DNA of 24,000 nt from the NCBI GenBank assembly GCA_016210375.1, contig JACQUH010000067.1, positions 911 through 24,910 of the forward strand, in the 5' to 3' direction. This DNA is from Chloroflexota bacterium (lineage in GTDB: Bacteria; Chloroflexota; Dehalococcoidia; Lucifugimonadales; JACPCL1). Of the stretch, positions 21,832 through 24,000 are shown piece by piece. How positions within the stretch are numbered: the first letter of the stretch is position 1; the number at the start of each line of letters is the position of its first letter. Made by a program: the position numbers and the translations under genes. The notes below the pieces were generated by a model. That model did not search any database. It saw only the letters and a list, made by a program, of their open reading frames with translations, and was not told the origin of the DNA.

Positions 21832-24000
21832 TCAGGCGTCCTTGGCGATGGGCCTCGCAGGCACCTCAACGGGCGCCGAGGGGTCATGGAAGGGGACAAA
21901 CTGGTACTCAAAGGACCACTGGGCCTGAGGGTCTGGGGTGGGAGCGTGGTGGGGGAACTCGCCCCAGAGCTGTACCCCACCTTCCGCCCGGTTGTTGATG
22001 GTCACGTTGCCGCCCAGGGCTCCGAGCCGCTCCTCCAGCCCCAACAACCCTATGTGGCCTTCCTGCCGGCGACGCGTGGTGCGCTCAGCGTCAACGCCCC
22101 GCCCGTTGTCCACCACCTCCATGGTCACTTCGTCAGGGCCGTACACGACCGTGGCCTGCACCTCGGTCGCCTCGGCATGGGCCAGGGTATTGCGGAGGCC
22201 CTCCTGGACAAAGCGGTAGATCACCAGTCCCACGGTCAGCGGGGGATTCCACAAATGAGGAACGCCGTCCACTGTCATCTTCAAGTGTACGGGCGTCCTG
22301 GCCAGCGTGCTGCCCCCCAGGTCCTGGCAGAGGGCCTCCAGGGCAGCCAGCAGGCCAAGGTCCTGAAGCAGGGAGGGGAAGACCCCCCGCATGATGCTCC
22401 GCAGGCTCTGCTCTGCCCTCCCGACGGTCCGAGCGACGTTCTGGAGCTGCTGATGGACGAGGTCGGGGCGAGTGATGGCGGCGTCCAGAATCAAGTTTAG
22501 CCTGACCAGGGAGGCCACCAGCATCTGGATCGGCTCGTCGTGGATGTCCTTTGCCAGGGAGCGTCGCTCCTCCTCCCGCGCCTCCACCATGTACCGCTGC
22601 ACCTCCCGCAGCCGCTCCATGCGCTCCCGCTGGGAGCGGTCTGCCTCGGTGAGGCGAAGCGACTCCAGCAGCAGCGCTGCCTGTTGCCCCAGCGCCGCAA
22701 GGAGCGCCATCTCTTGCCAGGAGTAAATGGCGTGCCCCGCCTTGTTCCCCAGCACCAGGATCCCTTCCAGGGAACCCCGGGCCACCATCGGAACGTAGAC
22801 CTCAGCGTCCAGGGATGCGATAGGCTCCAGTGTAAAGGGCGCCAGGCTCCCATACCAGGGCTCCGCGATGAGGTCCTGGTGGAAGGCCGGCCCCCTCTGG
22901 CCCCGGAGCCAGAAGGCCAACGGGTGACCTGTGGCGAGCTGCGCCTCCAGCCCGGCTGCGTACCCCTGGGACACGATGGGCGTCATGAGCATGTCTTGGA
23001 GCACAAGGAACGCACAGTGGGAAGGATGGATGATTTCCTGAACGAGCTTGAGGACCGTGTCGGCAATCTGGCGATCGGTGATGATCCCATGTCCCGTTTC
23101 CAGCGTGAGGAGCGGCTGGAGCTCGCCCAGCAGGTCCCGCTCCAGGTGGGACCGCAGGAGGCTATCCAGCTTGCGCCACGCGGGTTCGGCGGCCAGCACA
23201 AAGCCCAGCCCAACGGGGACGGCGCTCCACAGCGAGAAGCCGAGCAACCACACGGAGACCGCCCCAAGGCCCGCGGCGAGGAGGATGGCAATGCTCCGGA
23301 CCAGGTAGGCGATCCGCCGCTGCAGGGTGACCTGGATGTCCAGCAGGTGGTACCGGAGGATGGCCACCCCGACCAGGATGAAGAAGAGGGAATTGGTCCA
23401 CGACGTGGCCGGGGGCACATCAATGCCCAGCACGGGCGCCACGTCCAGGAGGCCGCCCAATACAGACATTGACGCCCCAATAACCGTGAGCAACAGACGG
23501 TTCCGCTCGGTGTAGTTGGGGGCCAGGCGGAAACCCTTGTAGAGCGTGGCTAGCGACACCACCATCATGAAATAGATAGGAACAGTCCACTGGATGAGGG
23601 CAGTTCCCCAAATAGCAGTGTTCCCGTAGCTGGCGACCTCTACGCCGTAGACGATGAAGGAGGTTGGGATGGACGCCAGGCTGAGGAGGAAGTGGGCAGA
23701 GGTGAAGATGATCATCCACCGGGGTACTGGGGCCTGCACCACCGCCCGGGAGAAGCGGTAGAAGGAGACCGCGGTAAGGCTCACCGCAGCCGGAGTGAGA
23801 CGTTCCCACCGCAAGGCCCACGCCAGGTCACTGCTGCCGCGCAGCCCGTAGACGGCGAGGCCCCAAAGCATCTGGCCCACGATGAAAAGGGCGAACCAGC
23901 GGGTGGACGAGCGAGACAGGCCTCCCTGTATGACCACGAGGGCAAGGACCCCCAAGGCCAGGGAAGCCTGAAGGAGGGGCGCAGCTTGGAAGAGCGTCAT
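21832..24000 (-). CDS. Membrane sensor histidine kinase (multi-TM N-terminal domain, GAF, HisKA_3, HATPase_c, Pro-rich C-terminal tail)
   Basis: 722 aa. About 9 hydrophobic segments in the first ~270 aa. GAF-like VPMVARGSLEGILVLGNKAG. H-box EERRSLAKDIHDEPIQMLVA. ATPase motifs DNGRGVD and GHIGLLGLEERLGALGGNVTINNRAEGGVQLWGEFP. The ATG falls exactly on the last three bases of the window, so an upstream extension cannot be excluded. Confidence 0.9.
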   Translation of the reverse strand: MTLFQAAPLLQASLALGVLALVVIQGGLSRSSTRWFALFIVGQMLWGLAVYGLRGSSDLAWALRWERLTPAAVSLTAVSFYRFSRAVVQAPVPRWMIIFTSAHFLLSLASIPTSFIVYGVEVASYGNTAIWGTALIQWTVPIYFMMVVSLATLYKGFRLAPNYTERNRLLLTVIGASMSVLGGLLDVAPVLGIDVPPATSWTNSLFFILVGVAILRYHLLDIQVTLQRRIAYLVRSIAILLAAGLGAVSVWLLGFSLWSAVPVGLGFVLAAEPAWRKLDSLLRSHLERDLLGELQPLLTLETGHGIITDRQIADTVLKLVQEIIHPSHCAFLVLQDMLMTPIVSQGYAAGLEAQLATGHPLAFWLRGQRGPAFHQDLIAEPWYGSLAPFTLEPIASLDAEVYVPMVARGSLEGILVLGNKAGHAIYSWQEMALLAALGQQAALLLESLRLTEADRSQRERMERLREVQRYMVEAREEERRSLAKDIHDEPIQMLVASLVRLNLILDAAITRPDLVHQQLQNVARTVGRAEQSLRSIMRGVFPSLLQDLGLLAALEALCQDLGGSTLARTPVHLKMTVDGVPHLWNPPLTVGLVIYRFVQEGLRNTLAHAEATEVQATVVYGPDEVTMEVVDNGRGVDAERTTRRRQEGHIGLLGLEERLGALGGNVTINNRAEGGVQLWGEFPHHAPTPDPQAQWSFEYQFVPFHDPSAPVEVPARPIAKDA

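Noticed and set aside
16094-23472. Long plus-strand ORFs 16094..16750, 16608..17558, 17836..18804, 18599..19315, 19613..20614, 21685..22500 and 22540..23472
   Set aside because: All are antisense to well-supported minus-strand genes (PHP, ymdB, rny, PQQ dehydrogenase, kinase). All have biased, motif-free compositions.

Overview
This is a visibly GC-rich bacterial chromosomal window. The gene content (rny-ymdB linkage, many HisKA_3 kinases) suggests a monoderm-type lineage, possibly Chloroflexota, but I cannot verify that here.

Gene layout, left to right:
- (1) A large STAND-type P-loop ATPase on the minus strand. It is absent from the ORF track because it runs off the left edge. It carries an in-frame ~210-bp tandem duplication.
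- (2) A plus-strand gene string: GAF/HisKA_3 sensor kinase, NarL/LuxR response regulator, TVP38/DedA-like membrane protein, a 1151-aa four-domain fusion (YihY/BrkB membrane domain, AMP-dependent acyl ligase, carrier domain, PlsC-type acyltransferase), and a membrane-anchored alpha/beta hydrolase whose nucleophile Ser is replaced by Arg. A convergent AcpS-type phosphopantetheinyl transferase faces this string.
- (3) A decayed paralog of the ligase part of the fusion gene (two frameshifts plus a 235-codon microhomology deletion). It is followed by a poorly coding ~1.4-kb stretch that ends in a tRNA-Arg(CCU)-like 3' fragment.
- (4) An alpha/beta hydrolase, an atypical HesB/IscA-like protein, and a minus-strand RNA-turnover string (RNase Y, YmdB, PHP/TrpH-like phosphoesterase).
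- (5) A PQQ-dependent sugar dehydrogenase lipoprotein, a 0.5-kb repeat-rich gap, a small secreted peptide cassette with its own promoter-like and terminator signals, and a second GAF/HisKA_3 kinase.

Intergenic regions are colonised by a composite multi-hairpin repeat family (4 copies) and by a second inverted-repeat element family.

The most interesting candidate system is the two-component-linked YihY-ligase-ACP-acyltransferase locus. It looks like a self-contained, Aas/LplT-like lipid re-acylation machine.

The ORF track treats GTG and TTG as Met, and many long listed ORFs are antisense shadows of real genes.
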